Origin: Nitrospirota bacterium
Lineage (GTDB): Bacteria; Nitrospirota; UBA9217
Direction of reading: 5' to 3'
DNA length: 64,000 nt
Assembly: GCA_963754875.1 (NCBI GenBank)
Contig: CAVWHO010000010.1
Coordinates: 128,001-192,000, forward strand
Shown here: piece by piece, positions 42,688 through 52,949 of the stretch
Layout: every line of letters starts with the position of its first letter
Position numbering within the stretch: the stretch's first letter is position 1
Position numbers and translations under genes: made by a program
The notes under the pieces: generated by a model
Databases searched by the model: none
What the model saw: only the letters and a program-made list of their open reading frames with translations
What the model was told of the DNA's origin: nothing

Positions 42688-43890
42688 ATGGTGGCAGTTA
42701 TGCAGGGTGTTCAAGAAAAAATAAACAGGTTGTTTAGCGGCAAACGGTTTAATCTGGTCGCTTTTGTTCTGATTGCAGCTCTGATCCTAATTTCGTACTC
42801 GAATACTTTTCACTCGGCTTTCCACTTCGACGACAATCCCTCGATCGTGGAAAACCAGGGGATCAGACGCTTTAGCTGGGATAGCGTCGTAGACCAGTTT
42901 TCCGGCACGAGACCAATCGTGAATTTATCACTTTTGTTGAATTACCAGTTGAGCGGTTTGAATCCTGTCGGTTGGCATATCTTCAACATTGGCTTTCATA
43001 TTGCCAACAGTATATTCGTTTATCTCTTCATTCTCTGGACCCTGAATCTTCCTTCTCTCAGCGCACGATATGGCGGAGTACGGGCGAAACGGATGGCCCT
43101 CTTCGGTTCGTTGCTGTTCGCGTTGCATCCGGTCCAGACTGAATCGGTGACGTATATTATCAGCCGAACGGAATTGCTTGCTGCGTTCTTTTACCTGGCG
43201 ACGTTTCTTTTTTTTATTCAAGGCGTACGAACCCGGAAATCCGGTTACTATATCGGATGTTTCTTCATGTCGTTTCTTGCCATGGGCTCAAAGGAATGGG
43301 CAGTAACCCTGCCCGCCATGCTTGTGCTCTACGATTTTCTCTTCATTGCAGAGGGAAAGCTCAAGATGGTCCTATCGCGCTCGATGGCATATATTTTGGT
43401 GGCCTTGCCCTGGGGATTCGTGGCGTATAATTTAACAACATCTAAGCTATCCGGAGCAGGATTCGGCATCACCGGCCAGAATAATATCACGCCGTGGACC
43501 TATCAACTTACCTCATTGAACGTCCTGTGGACCTACATTAGACTTTTGTTCTTCCCTGTCAATCAAAACCTGGATTATTCCTATCCTCTGGCAAGGACCT
43601 TGTTCGAGTTCCCAACGCTGCTCTCGCTGATCGGACATATGTGCGTCGTAGTCGCCTCACTTTGGCTCTATGCTAAAAAGAAATGGACTTTGCTGCCGTT
43701 TGGGGCGGCATGGTTTTATATTACTTTGTCTCCGACCCAGAGCTTCGTTCCAATTCTGGATGTAATTTTTGAGCATCGTCTGTATCTGCCGTCGATTGGT
43801 TTTTTCATCTTCTTTATAACCGCTTTTGAAGAGATCATGGACGCATGGGAAAGGAAGCGATCTGTTTTACGGCGCAGCTCGCCAGTATGA
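42688..43890 (+). CDS. TMTC-like GT-C membrane glycosyltransferase lacking TPR repeats
   Basis: FHFDDNPSIVEN (DD motif after TM1), RP, ALHPVQTESVTYIISRTELL, SKE, FEHRLYLPSIG and many TMs. Confidence 0.8.
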   Translation: MVAVMQGVQEKINRLFSGKRFNLVAFVLIAALILISYSNTFHSAFHFDDNPSIVENQGIRRFSWDSVVDQFSGTRPIVNLSLLLNYQLSGLNPVGWHIFNIGFHIANSIFVYLFILWTLNLPSLSARYGGVRAKRMALFGSLLFALHPVQTESVTYIISRTELLAAFFYLATFLFFIQGVRTRKSGYYIGCFFMSFLAMGSKEWAVTLPAMLVLYDFLFIAEGKLKMVLSRSMAYILVALPWGFVAYNLTTSKLSGAGFGITGQNNITPWTYQLTSLNVLWTYIRLLFFPVNQNLDYSYPLARTLFEFPTLLSLIGHMCVVVASLWLYAKKKWTLLPFGAAWFYITLSPTQSFVPILDVIFEHRLYLPSIGFFIFFITAFEEIMDAWERKRSVLRRSSPV

Positions 43891-43993
43891 CGCAAACCCT
43901 CAATTCTGCCATTTGAATGTATGAAGCACTCCTTTACCCCTTCGATCATACAGTGAAAATTTACCTCGATTATTCCGAAGAAGTCGCTAAGTA

Positions 43994-45013
43994 ATGATGA
44001 GCGTAGAGCAAAATTCAGATCCTATCCGCATTTCCATTGTCACCCCCTCTTACAATCAGGGAGGGTTTCTTTCCCAGACGATTGAAAGCGTTCTGAGTCA
44101 GGAAGGGAACTTTACGATTGATTACATTATCATGGATGGCGGCTCTCGCGACAATTCTGTAGAGATTATCAAAAAATATGAAGGTTTTCTCGCGGATGGA
44201 AAATGGCCTGTTCACTGTCGCGGCATACGGTATCGCTGGATTAGTGAGAAGGATGGCGGGCAGACAGACGCGCTGAACAAGGGGTTCAGCCTGGCGCAGG
44301 GGGACATCCTTGCCTGGTTGAATTCCGATGATACCTATTTGCCAGGGGCCTTGAAAATCGTTGTCGCTGCTTTCAGCGATAGGCCTGATATTGGACTCGT
44401 TTATGGGAAGGCATTGTTTACCGATGAATTGGGAAGCAAATTGAGCAGCGTTAATACCGGCCCGACTGATTTTCGAGGGCTCGCCGTCCTGAACCTGATC
44501 TGCCAACCTTCGGCTTTTTTCAGGAGAAGCGTATGGGAGGCCGCCGGCCCGATGGATGTTGCTCTTCATTACACGATGGATCATGATCTTTGGATTAGGA
44601 TATCCAGAATAGCCAAACTTCTCTATATCGAGCATAATCTGGCAACCTACCGTATGCATGGAGAATCCAAGTCTATGTCGCCACGCCAGGCACTGGGTTT
44701 CCAAGCTGAAATTTTAAATACGGTTAGGAAACATTATCACTGGGCTCCTGCCAACAGGGTCTTCGGCTTCAGTTACCACGGTATCCGTACAGTGCTTCCC
44801 CAGGGGCTTGCACGATTTCAACCGTTCGTGACTCTTCTGGCGATTTTTTATACTGCCTTTCTCTATATTATTCTGAACAGGGGAAAATTCCGGATTGATG
44901 ACCTCCGGATGTTAAACCGAAAGAACTTAAGAAAAGTTGCGCAGGGCGAGATTGACAATGAACGATATTTCTTGAGGATAAGCGCTAAAAAAACGGGTCG
45001 TCGAAACAGGTAA
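43994..45013 (+). CDS. GT2 glycosyltransferase
   Basis: ISIVTPSYNQG, MDGGSRD, SEKDGGQTDALNKG, WLNSDD and ICQPSAFFR. Confidence 0.92.
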   Translation: MMSVEQNSDPIRISIVTPSYNQGGFLSQTIESVLSQEGNFTIDYIIMDGGSRDNSVEIIKKYEGFLADGKWPVHCRGIRYRWISEKDGGQTDALNKGFSLAQGDILAWLNSDDTYLPGALKIVVAAFSDRPDIGLVYGKALFTDELGSKLSSVNTGPTDFRGLAVLNLICQPSAFFRRSVWEAAGPMDVALHYTMDHDLWIRISRIAKLLYIEHNLATYRMHGESKSMSPRQALGFQAEILNTVRKHYHWAPANRVFGFSYHGIRTVLPQGLARFQPFVTLLAIFYTAFLYIILNRGKFRIDDLRMLNRKNLRKVAQGEIDNERYFLRISAKKTGRRNR

Positions 45014-45039
45014 ATGTCGTTTGGGCGAGTGAGTACGAA

Positions 45040-46131
45040 ATGAACGTTGTATTTATCATGCTGTTTTTTAAAACGGGCGGAGGGACCCGTGTTATCGTCG
45101 AATTGGCTAACGAACTGGTGAAAAACGGCCATGTCGTTGATATTGTCCTTCCATCGATATCCGATGAACGTCCCACGTTTTCGCTTCATCCCAAAGTACG
45201 CGTCCTGCCTGTGGGAAGGACTGCCAGGAATGCCTTTAGTGCGTTCATCAATATCGCGAAGTTGTTCTGGTTCGTCAGAAGGAAACGAAAAGAGAGTGCT
45301 CTTATCACAACCGACCCGATGCTGTCCCTGCTATCTTTCCTTCTGAGGCGTAAGCGTGCCTATCGCTTCCTTCAGGCGGACGACTACATCATTTTTGACG
45401 ATTTGCACCTTCTGCACTACAAGGCATTATTATGGGTCTACAAGGCACTGACAAAAATATCATACAGGTTCCGGATGCGATTCATCTTCAACTCGCGCTT
45501 CGTCTGGGAGTCCTTTATCAAGGTGTCCCGAAGGGACGATGTACCTTGTCTTCTCGTGCACCCCGGAGTGGATCGCACGGTTTTTTTCGACAAAGCTGTA
45601 AGGAGGCAGGACGAATTGAACATCTGCCTCATAGGGCGGGTGCATCCCTGGAAAGGCTTTGCTGAATTTGTCGAGGCATGGCAAAAACTCAAGGACATTG
45701 TCGGGTACCGCGTCACGAATATATTCGTTATTTCTCCTGATGACCTGTCTCAGTTCCCGTGCCAGGACTTCACCCTTATCAAGGCGGAATCCGATGCTGA
45801 GATCGCGAACATCTATAACCGTTCTCATATCTTCGTTTCGACATCGTGGTGGGAAGGGTTCGGATTACCTCCGCTCGAAGCCATGGCATGTGGTTGCTCT
45901 GTTCTTGTGACAAATACAGGCGGAGTGCACGAGTACGCGGTTTCCGAAAGGAATTGCCTTATGTGCGAACCGAAGAGCGTTCCCGATTTACGGGAGAAGT
46001 TGATCATGCTGATCGGCGATGGCAGCCTGCGAAAAAGCATAGCCGAACAAGGCATGATCACCGCCCGTCAGTTCGGCTGGGATCATACCGCCGAGGAATT
46101 TTTGCGAATCATCGAACACAAAACCACCTGA
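45040..46131 (+). CDS. GT4 glycosyltransferase
   Basis: GGG near the N-terminus, KG and EGFGLPPLEAMACG. Confidence 0.92.
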   Translation: MNVVFIMLFFKTGGGTRVIVELANELVKNGHVVDIVLPSISDERPTFSLHPKVRVLPVGRTARNAFSAFINIAKLFWFVRRKRKESALITTDPMLSLLSFLLRRKRAYRFLQADDYIIFDDLHLLHYKALLWVYKALTKISYRFRMRFIFNSRFVWESFIKVSRRDDVPCLLVHPGVDRTVFFDKAVRRQDELNICLIGRVHPWKGFAEFVEAWQKLKDIVGYRVTNIFVISPDDLSQFPCQDFTLIKAESDAEIANIYNRSHIFVSTSWWEGFGLPPLEAMACGCSVLVTNTGGVHEYAVSERNCLMCEPKSVPDLREKLIMLIGDGSLRKSIAEQGMITARQFGWDHTAEEFLRIIEHKTT

Positions 46132-46140
46132 ATATATTAT

Positions 46141-46470
46141 CCTAAAATCGGCAGTTGACCTCAGTCAGAGCAACTTATCCACACCATACCGGTAGCAGTT
46201 CGGACGCCGCAGCGGTTTTCCGCCCAGTAATTTGAAAAATGCACGGCTTAAGATGCGTTGGCACCGCTCATTAGGAGTCAACTGCTCCGCAGTTGTTTTC
46301 AGGATGGGCAAGAAACAGGATATCTCGTCGAGAATGCGCTGAACTTTCTCTGATTTTGCGCGCGTGCTCGTAATGGTTACTATGGTCTGTCCATGATGGC
46401 GTGTCTGTTTACCAACCGCATGCAGAAGGAGCGGACGGCTCTTAATTGCCTCCAAGTGTTTGTCTGGCGG
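46141..46470 (-). mobile_element. Remnant of an IS1380-like element (transposase C-terminus plus one terminal repeat)
   Basis: PDKHLEAIKSRPLLLHAVGKQTRHHGQT...TAEQLT...ILSRAF resembles the C-terminus of IS1380-type transposases (recalled similarity, not searched). End sequence CCTAAAATCGGCAGTT at 46141 abuts an AT-rich site. Confidence 0.6.
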
Positions 46471-46740
46471 TGCGGCATAGTGTCTCTTCAGCTTCTTCAG
46501 CGCCGGTTCGTGATCCTTCTGGGTTTCGATGAGGAAAAGGCGACTGTCGAAAAGTTTCATCGCCTTGAGCGTTCAGACGCCATTTGACGCACCGACATCG
46601 ATCACGGTGTTGATGTCAAACCCTCTTCGAATGTGCCTCTTTAACGCTGAGCGCAGAGATAGGGTGTCAGGGGACAGTCCGACTGCATGCAAAATCACAA
46701 TCAAGATTTGTGGAGTCATTATGAAAGTCGAGATCGCCAT
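46471..46740 (-). pseudogene. 5' fragment of an FkbM-family methyltransferase with an internal stop
   Basis: Reads ...GFDINTVIDVGASNGV*TLKAMKLF...LIE... with in-frame TGA at 46575-46573, where Trp is usual. It is truncated by the IS remnant. Confidence 0.65.
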
Positions 46741-46883
46741 CAGTTACTCCAGTACTTGTAGCCTCAATTTTTCTCCACAAAGTCGACTATATTCTTGTAC
46801 AACGATGCGCAGCGCTGTGCTATAACTAAAGCCGAGTTACAACGCATTGCCCGGTAGGTAAGTAAAGGGGAGTTTATTCGAAA

Positions 46884-47858
46884 TTAGATTGAGCAAACTC
46901 CATGCAGCTCCGCCGCGATCATCTTTTGTACCACCTCTTTCATTCTGTACTGCGCCACCCAGCCAAGCTTTTCCGCTGCTTTTTTTGGATTTGCATTGCC
47001 CTCAACCAAGTCAGTTGGTCTAAATAAAGCCGGATCTATCTCCACATATTTTGACCACTCCAAATCAAACTCAGAAAACGCAGTGTTTACAAAATCCCTT
47101 AAACTGTAACTATGCCCGGTCGCAATTACATAATCATCCGGAGAATCTTGCTGCAACATCCTCCACATTGCCTCAACATATTCTGGTGCCCAGCCCCAAT
47201 CTCTTTTCACGTTCAAATTACCAAGATAAAGATTTTTTTTGACACCTGACGATATTTGTAGCGCCCCAAGAACAATTTTTCGAGTAACATAACGCTCGGG
47301 CCTCAGAGGGGAATCATGATTGAACAAAATTCCTGTACATGCATAAAGTTTATATGCCGCTCGGTAATTAGATACCTGCCAATATGCGGCGGACTTAGCA
47401 ACCGCATATGGACTTATGGGGCGGAAAGGAGTTTCTTCGTTTGCTCGGCTTCCCCCGGTATTGCCAAAGCACTCACTCGAACCGGCGCTGTAGAAACGGA
47501 TATCTCTTGCAAGGAAGCGGATAGCCTCCAAGAGATTAAGGGTTGCAAGGCTGATGCTTTCCATAGTCTCGACCGGCTGCTCAAAGGATAGTCCCACGGA
47601 GCTTTGACCGGAAAGGTTGTATACCTCATCCGGCATCACATTGCGCAGCGCTTGTAAAACACTCCTGAAGTCATTAACTGCCATAGAGAGAGTATGCACA
47701 CGTTCCCGGATTTTTAGTGCATGCAGATTCATAAAAGTGGAAACCTGCGAATCGCGAGAAGTGCCGAACACCTCGTATCCCTTGTCAAGTAGAAGCTTCG
47801 CCAAATAGGCGCCATCCTGACCGGATACTCCGCAAATTAACGCGCGCTTTAGTGGCAT
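46884..47858 (-). CDS. gmd: GDP-mannose 4,6-dehydratase
   Basis: GVSGQDGAYL, PDEVYNLSGQSSV, SPYAVAK, GILFNHDSPLR and RDWGWAPEYV. Confidence 0.93.
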   Translation of the reverse strand: MPLKRALICGVSGQDGAYLAKLLLDKGYEVFGTSRDSQVSTFMNLHALKIRERVHTLSMAVNDFRSVLQALRNVMPDEVYNLSGQSSVGLSFEQPVETMESISLATLNLLEAIRFLARDIRFYSAGSSECFGNTGGSRANEETPFRPISPYAVAKSAAYWQVSNYRAAYKLYACTGILFNHDSPLRPERYVTRKIVLGALQISSGVKKNLYLGNLNVKRDWGWAPEYVEAMWRMLQQDSPDDYVIATGHSYSLRDFVNTAFSEFDLEWSKYVEIDPALFRPTDLVEGNANPKKAAEKLGWVAQYRMKEVVQKMIAAELHGVCSI

Positions 47859-48971
47859 TTAACCCTCCAAGACCTTGCGATAGACACTCAATGTGTTTTT
47901 GGCACACTTTTCCCATGAAAACAAGCCAGCGCGCCTTCTCCCTTTCTCGACTAACATGGCGGCGTATTCCGATGTCGAAACCACCCGCTCAATTGCAGCG
48001 CGAATTTCAGCTTCGTCGGAAGGGTTAAATAATTCTGCGGCATCGCCGACTACCTCAGGTATTGAACTGGTATTGGCACACACTACCGGACAACCGAGCG
48101 ACATCGCCTCCAGAGGCGGGATGCCAAAGCCCTCATACAGGGAAGGATAGACAAAGGCCGCGGCTGAACTATATAATCCGGCTAACATTTCGTCAGCGCC
48201 GGATAAATGCCGTATGTTGCCTTTCGAAATGCCCAGAGACCGCATCAACGCCAACTCGCTTGCGGAGAACGCACCTCCTCCAAAGCAAACCACAGCAAAA
48301 TTACTTTTTAAAAAAAAAGAACCCGCATAGGCACGAAGCAGTCGCTCAAAATTCTTATAGCCACGCCTGGAACCGACATAGAGGATGTATGGCATCGGGT
48401 ATGACGTCAATTCGCCGGTGTTCTTTCGAGAAGTTGATGCCAAGGAACAACCGAGGTAAACCACGGAAATTCTTTTCTCAGGCACGGAAAACAATTCAAT
48501 TAAATCTCGTTTCGTATTTTCTGAAATGCAGATCACGTGATCCGCTCGATGCACTGAATGTGCTTTGTTTTTTTGAACCTTGGTAGCATCGGGAAAGTAT
48601 TCTTTGAATTTTTCGTGAATCATATCGAAGACCGTAATTACCCGCTTCGCAGAAACGGGGCAATAATCAGTAAGAGAATAGTATGTTTCATGAAAAATAT
48701 CCAAGTCATGTCTGGGCTTCACCAGCAGACGCGTTAGAAAAAAATCAATTGGACGAAGGATATAACTCGATCCTGGGAAAGGCGGGATCTTGATACCCCG
48801 CGGCCGAACACTGCAGTCATTGCGAAAGTACTCATTCACGTAGAGTGGTGAAAATATTTCCACGTCATTTCCCGGTAGCGCAGCAATCCGATTGGCTATC
48901 TCATAGAAGTATCTGGAAATGCCACCGTATTGCTGCTGACTAAACATCTGATGGTCGAATAATATTTTCAT
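47859..48971 (-). CDS. GT4 glycosyltransferase
   Basis: QQYGGISRY, YKNF and YEGFGIPPLEAM. Confidence 0.92.
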   Translation of the reverse strand: MKILFDHQMFSQQQYGGISRYFYEIANRIAALPGNDVEIFSPLYVNEYFRNDCSVRPRGIKIPPFPGSSYILRPIDFFLTRLLVKPRHDLDIFHETYYSLTDYCPVSAKRVITVFDMIHEKFKEYFPDATKVQKNKAHSVHRADHVICISENTKRDLIELFSVPEKRISVVYLGCSLASTSRKNTGELTSYPMPYILYVGSRRGYKNFERLLRAYAGSFFLKSNFAVVCFGGGAFSASELALMRSLGISKGNIRHLSGADEMLAGLYSSAAAFVYPSLYEGFGIPPLEAMSLGCPVVCANTSSIPEVVGDAAELFNPSDEAEIRAAIERVVSTSEYAAMLVEKGRRRAGLFSWEKCAKNTLSVYRKVLEG

Positions 48972-49327
48972 GTTTTACAAACGAGATTCGACGAAAGCAC
49001 GAACGAACAGCACTAGCCAAGATTTTTATTATTTTTTGCAAGATCACGATAAAAACAACTGATCCAACCACAAACATTGCCGAGAAACGTCCGTGATTCG
49101 AAAGGAATCCCCCGAGTTAAAATATTCAACCAAGCATTGATCGCTATTGACAGATCATATCATGAAAGTGATCTCAAGATAAACAAGTTGTTGAATTTAA
49201 TGTGCTGGTCATCGCCAGCATGTTTTTACTTCCCAATAGGAACTTATGTGATTTAGGGGTACTATCCCAAACACTCCATTGATAATTATTATTTAAAGTT
49301 GACAAAACCTTTCCAAAGTAGGGTAAT

Positions 49328-50356
49328 TTATCGTTTCAAGAATTGAGCGATTTTTATAATAATTCTCCAGTAACTGCGATAGACTGCATATGCTTCGGGT
49401 AAAATACCGGTTAAATTCGCGCACGTGACGGCAAGCCTTACTCTAAAAGAAAAATTGTTTGGGTTATCTTGCACGAGTGAAAGCAGCTCAGTTAACCGGT
49501 CGGGATTTTTATTCTCCTGATTTATTATATAGTGAGTCGCTCCAATCCAGCACATAGAGTTCAAAGCAATGAGATACCCATTGAGCACTCTATCAAAGTC
49601 TTTGAGTTGATTTTGGTTGAAAGTACCACTTTCCTTTGCGATCCTTCTGCAGTATCCACCGAATTGTTTTAGTGTTTGTAGCTTTATCACACCATCGGAA
49701 AATACCTTGCTTTCCGCTTCTTCATGGATTCTTATATAGGCGTATGCATTCCTTTCAAAAAGCAGTCTATCTTTTAATGCCAAGGCAAAGATAAATGCAT
49801 CATCGCTTCCCAAACCCGTTGAAAAGGTGGGATATCCTTTAATCTCCAGAAAAGACTTGCGATTGAACAACACCCCGGTGAGATAGGTTTCTCTCTTGAA
49901 CTTTGCACGCATTATCATGTATTCGAAAGCTGTTTCTTCGCGAGGAGACAGCAATGCTTCCCTGATTTGACTTCCCTGCTCATTTATAAATATGCGGTGA
50001 GAATGGACGATACTTTTCGCGTCAGAGGTAGTTGCGGTATGCAATAAATTTTTGATAAAATCTTTATCTAATAGGTCGTCATCGCTTAGAATCGTGCACC
50101 AGTCAACCGCTTTGGGAAGAAGGTTAATCCCTTTGTTAATGCTCCCGATCATGCCAATATTCTTTTCATTCACAATATAGCGAACGCGCGGATCAGATAT
50201 CGTCGCCATGAACTCCACAGTCCCATCAGTTGAACCATTGTCAATGACAATGATTTTGAGATTTCTGTAGGACTGGCTCAAAATACTTTTAACAGCGAGC
50301 GCAAGATACGTTGCACGATTAAAAGTCGGAATGAGTACTCCAATTTGAATCGCCAT
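49328..50356 (-). CDS. GT2 glycosyltransferase
   Basis: LIPTFNR, IDNGSTDGT and LSDDD. Confidence 0.88.
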   Translation of the reverse strand: MAIQIGVLIPTFNRATYLALAVKSILSQSYRNLKIIVIDNGSTDGTVEFMATISDPRVRYIVNEKNIGMIGSINKGINLLPKAVDWCTILSDDDLLDKDFIKNLLHTATTSDAKSIVHSHRIFINEQGSQIREALLSPREETAFEYMIMRAKFKRETYLTGVLFNRKSFLEIKGYPTFSTGLGSDDAFIFALALKDRLLFERNAYAYIRIHEEAESKVFSDGVIKLQTLKQFGGYCRRIAKESGTFNQNQLKDFDRVLNGYLIALNSMCWIGATHYIINQENKNPDRLTELLSLVQDNPNNFSFRVRLAVTCANLTGILPEAYAVYRSYWRIIIKIAQFLKR

Positions 50357-50394
50357 TTTTTAAATACCCATGATACAAACTGATTCTCGCGAAA

Positions 50395-51426
50395 TTATTG
50401 ATTTTGATTTATTTTAAATACCACTGTATACGCGCAGCCTAGATCTTTGCGCCGTTCGACGGGCTTCAGTATCAGAAAATAGATGATGCGCAACGCTCCT
50501 ACCATGAGTGACTTAACGAACCGAATAGGGAGTAACAGTAAACTCTTTTTAAGTGACAATAATGTTCCGATAGAGGCATCTTTGACATCATCCGATATCT
50601 CGATATGAGATTTTGATGCATTCTTAACCTCAGTAAGCAGGAATGGTGCTTTCTCCTTCAATAGATTGCGCACAGAAGTAAACCACCAGCTAAAAGTACT
50701 GAAGATGTTGCTGGCTTCATCTGTTGTTGTCGCCATGACGAGATGCATCCCTAATGATTCCATGTATTTTACGAGGACCTGCATCGGAATCAACTCCAAA
50801 TGACGCGGTGCATCTACATGTACCCAGAATTTACCGAACAACTTGAATTGAAAGGCAGAAGGATTTGGCGCTGTTATCACGAGAACGCCGCCTGGCAATA
50901 ATTTTCTGGAAATTGCTCCAAGAGTGTCCCAGGGATCTGTCAGGTGTTCGATGACATGCCATAGCGTTATCACATCATAGGGCAATAGCTTTTCTAACGA
51001 TGCAGCGATATCGCTAGTATTGATGGCTTCCACCCTGACGACCTTAGTTAAATACATGCAACATCGGGCATCCATTTCAATGGCTTCGACTTCAAATCCC
51101 GCTTTTTTAGCCAAATAACAAAAGGCCCCATATGATGGACCAATCTCCAAGAGCCTCCCTCTAGTGACGAATTTCTGGATGGTTTCCAGCTTATATTGCT
51201 CCTGTACGGCTATTGTTTCAAGCTCTTGCGAAGAAGGCATTTGGTAAGCGGGATATGTTGGTATATAATAAGACCCGAGGTCGTTCGGAACCGGAGATAG
51301 AAAGATGAGTCGGCATGAGGGACATCGATAATAGTAAAAGATCGTGTCGGAAATTTCCTGATTCAGATCTCTAACGCTAAAATGATCTAGCGATTGTATC
51401 TTGCAGAGCGGGCACAAGGGGGTCAT
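50395..51426 (-). CDS. Class I SAM-dependent methyltransferase with an N-terminal Zn ribbon
   Basis: CPLC...CPSC, LLEIGPSYG, DVITLWHVIEHL.DP and DAPRHL. Confidence 0.88.
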   Translation of the reverse strand: MTPLCPLCKIQSLDHFSVRDLNQEISDTIFYYYRCPSCRLIFLSPVPNDLGSYYIPTYPAYQMPSSQELETIAVQEQYKLETIQKFVTRGRLLEIGPSYGAFCYLAKKAGFEVEAIEMDARCCMYLTKVVRVEAINTSDIAASLEKLLPYDVITLWHVIEHLTDPWDTLGAISRKLLPGGVLVITAPNPSAFQFKLFGKFWVHVDAPRHLELIPMQVLVKYMESLGMHLVMATTTDEASNIFSTFSWWFTSVRNLLKEKAPFLLTEVKNASKSHIEISDDVKDASIGTLLSLKKSLLLLPIRFVKSLMVGALRIIYFLILKPVERRKDLGCAYTVVFKINQNQ

Positions 51427-52925
51427 ATAATTTTCACCTTTTTCATCCAATTACTGGCAAACGGAGTAGACAATGAAGAAAAGAATATTGCAAAAAAAAC
51501 CGTCACTACGATCCAGATAAAATTAAAATATGATGACCCGCCCTGCGGCATCAAAACACGGGAAACGCCAGCGACACAACAAACGACAAAGGCAGGAATT
51601 CCAATATCTTTGAGATACCATGGCCACATGTCATCTTTTAATATTCGCATATGCATTATAGGAATCTCTACCAGGAAATAACCAGTGTTCAGTGTAATCC
51701 AGATAATGGCGGCGCCAATGGCTCCATACCGAATAGCAAACCATATTAGTAAAGGTATAAGTGCAATCACTGCAATTACGTTCTTCACGAATGACAGCTT
51801 AGTCCATCCATATGCTAATTGTAAAGTAAGAGGGAGCGTCATAAGAGCATTTAAAGTTGACCCAATAACCAGTAAACTGAGCAATATATATGTATTTTGC
51901 GCAATTACAGGGTCACGAACCCAGAGCTGTAGAACCTGAAGAGAAAATAAAGCCAACACACCACCAACAGGGAGAGCAATTATGGATACAAGTTGACAAC
52001 CCTTATGGTAGTATTCTGAGACAAGATTCTCATTACCTTTCGCCGTAATTAGCTGGGATAGCTTAGGAAACAGTGCCGAAAATACAGGAGTGACGAGTAG
52101 ACCTACCGCATTTGCTAGGTTAAATGCCAGCACATAATACCCAAATAAAGCAAGTGTCAACAATCTGCTGAGAATAATCTTGTCTGCCTGTGTCAGAATC
52201 GTAGCCATAATAGCTATGCTCGTCATCCCTGCAGCGAATCGCCAATTTTTAATCAACAGATACTTCTGAAATATACTTTTCCTGCGAGTGGTCGGAAGAG
52301 CTTCCCAAACAGAATATGCCAAAAAAAATGTCTGAACTATGCTAATGAATATTTGCCACGTGAAATATGAAATAATTGTCGGAGATACAAACCAGAGTAT
52401 AAGAACAGCACCACCATGTTGAATAGTTGCCATAATTGATCGTATACTGTTGAGCAAGACTTGGCGTTGTAAACCGATCAACCCCCCATCATAGAGCGAA
52501 GTAGGCCATTGCAAAGCTACGACCAATCCCATAATTAAGAGTGCACGTTCAACTGTCTTTGCAGGAATCCCCTGTGCGTTTATCCAATGGTGGGCAATGA
52601 CAGGCGCCAGCGATATTATTCCTAAACCAATGATAATACCGATACTCCAATAAACCACCTCCAATGTGCGGACTAAATCTCTCGATTCTTGTGCCGACTT
52701 TTCGGAGACAGATAGTCTTGCTAGTTCACGGCTGAGGGTGGCACTTAGGCCCATATCCAAAACAGATAATAAAGCCATCAAAGACGCAAAAATCCCGATG
52801 AGGCCGTAAGCTTCAATTCCCATAAACTTTATATAGATGGGAACGAAGACTAGACTCATGATGCTCGTCCATATTCTGCCTGCAAAATTAGCGATTACAT
52901 TTATTTTGACTGATGTCTCTTTCAT
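51423..52925 (-). CDS. wzx: Wzx-type oligosaccharide flippase
   Basis: 500 aa with many TMs; GIEAYGLIG, LDMGL, QADKIILS and FPKLSQ. Confidence 0.9.
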   Translation of the reverse strand: MKETSVKINVIANFAGRIWTSIMSLVFVPIYIKFMGIEAYGLIGIFASLMALLSVLDMGLSATLSRELARLSVSEKSAQESRDLVRTLEVVYWSIGIIIGLGIISLAPVIAHHWINAQGIPAKTVERALLIMGLVVALQWPTSLYDGGLIGLQRQVLLNSIRSIMATIQHGGAVLILWFVSPTIISYFTWQIFISIVQTFFLAYSVWEALPTTRRKSIFQKYLLIKNWRFAAGMTSIAIMATILTQADKIILSRLLTLALFGYYVLAFNLANAVGLLVTPVFSALFPKLSQLITAKGNENLVSEYYHKGCQLVSIIALPVGGVLALFSLQVLQLWVRDPVIAQNTYILLSLLVIGSTLNALMTLPLTLQLAYGWTKLSFVKNVIAVIALIPLLIWFAIRYGAIGAAIIWITLNTGYFLVEIPIMHMRILKDDMWPWYLKDIGIPAFVVCCVAGVSRVLMPQGGSSYFNFIWIVVTVFFAIFFSSLSTPFASNWMKKVKII

Positions 52926-52949
52926 GCTTCCTTTGAATCACCAAGCGCT

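Noticed and set aside
46573..46575. In-frame TGA as selenocysteine
   Set aside because: The position corresponds to Trp in FkbM-like motifs, and the gene is truncated downstream, so a TGG-to-TGA nonsense change is simpler.
48975..49325. Gene remnant or second IS end in the AT-rich gap
   Set aside because: Only a short open stretch and a weak ATTTAGG similarity to the IS end, which is not enough to support a call.
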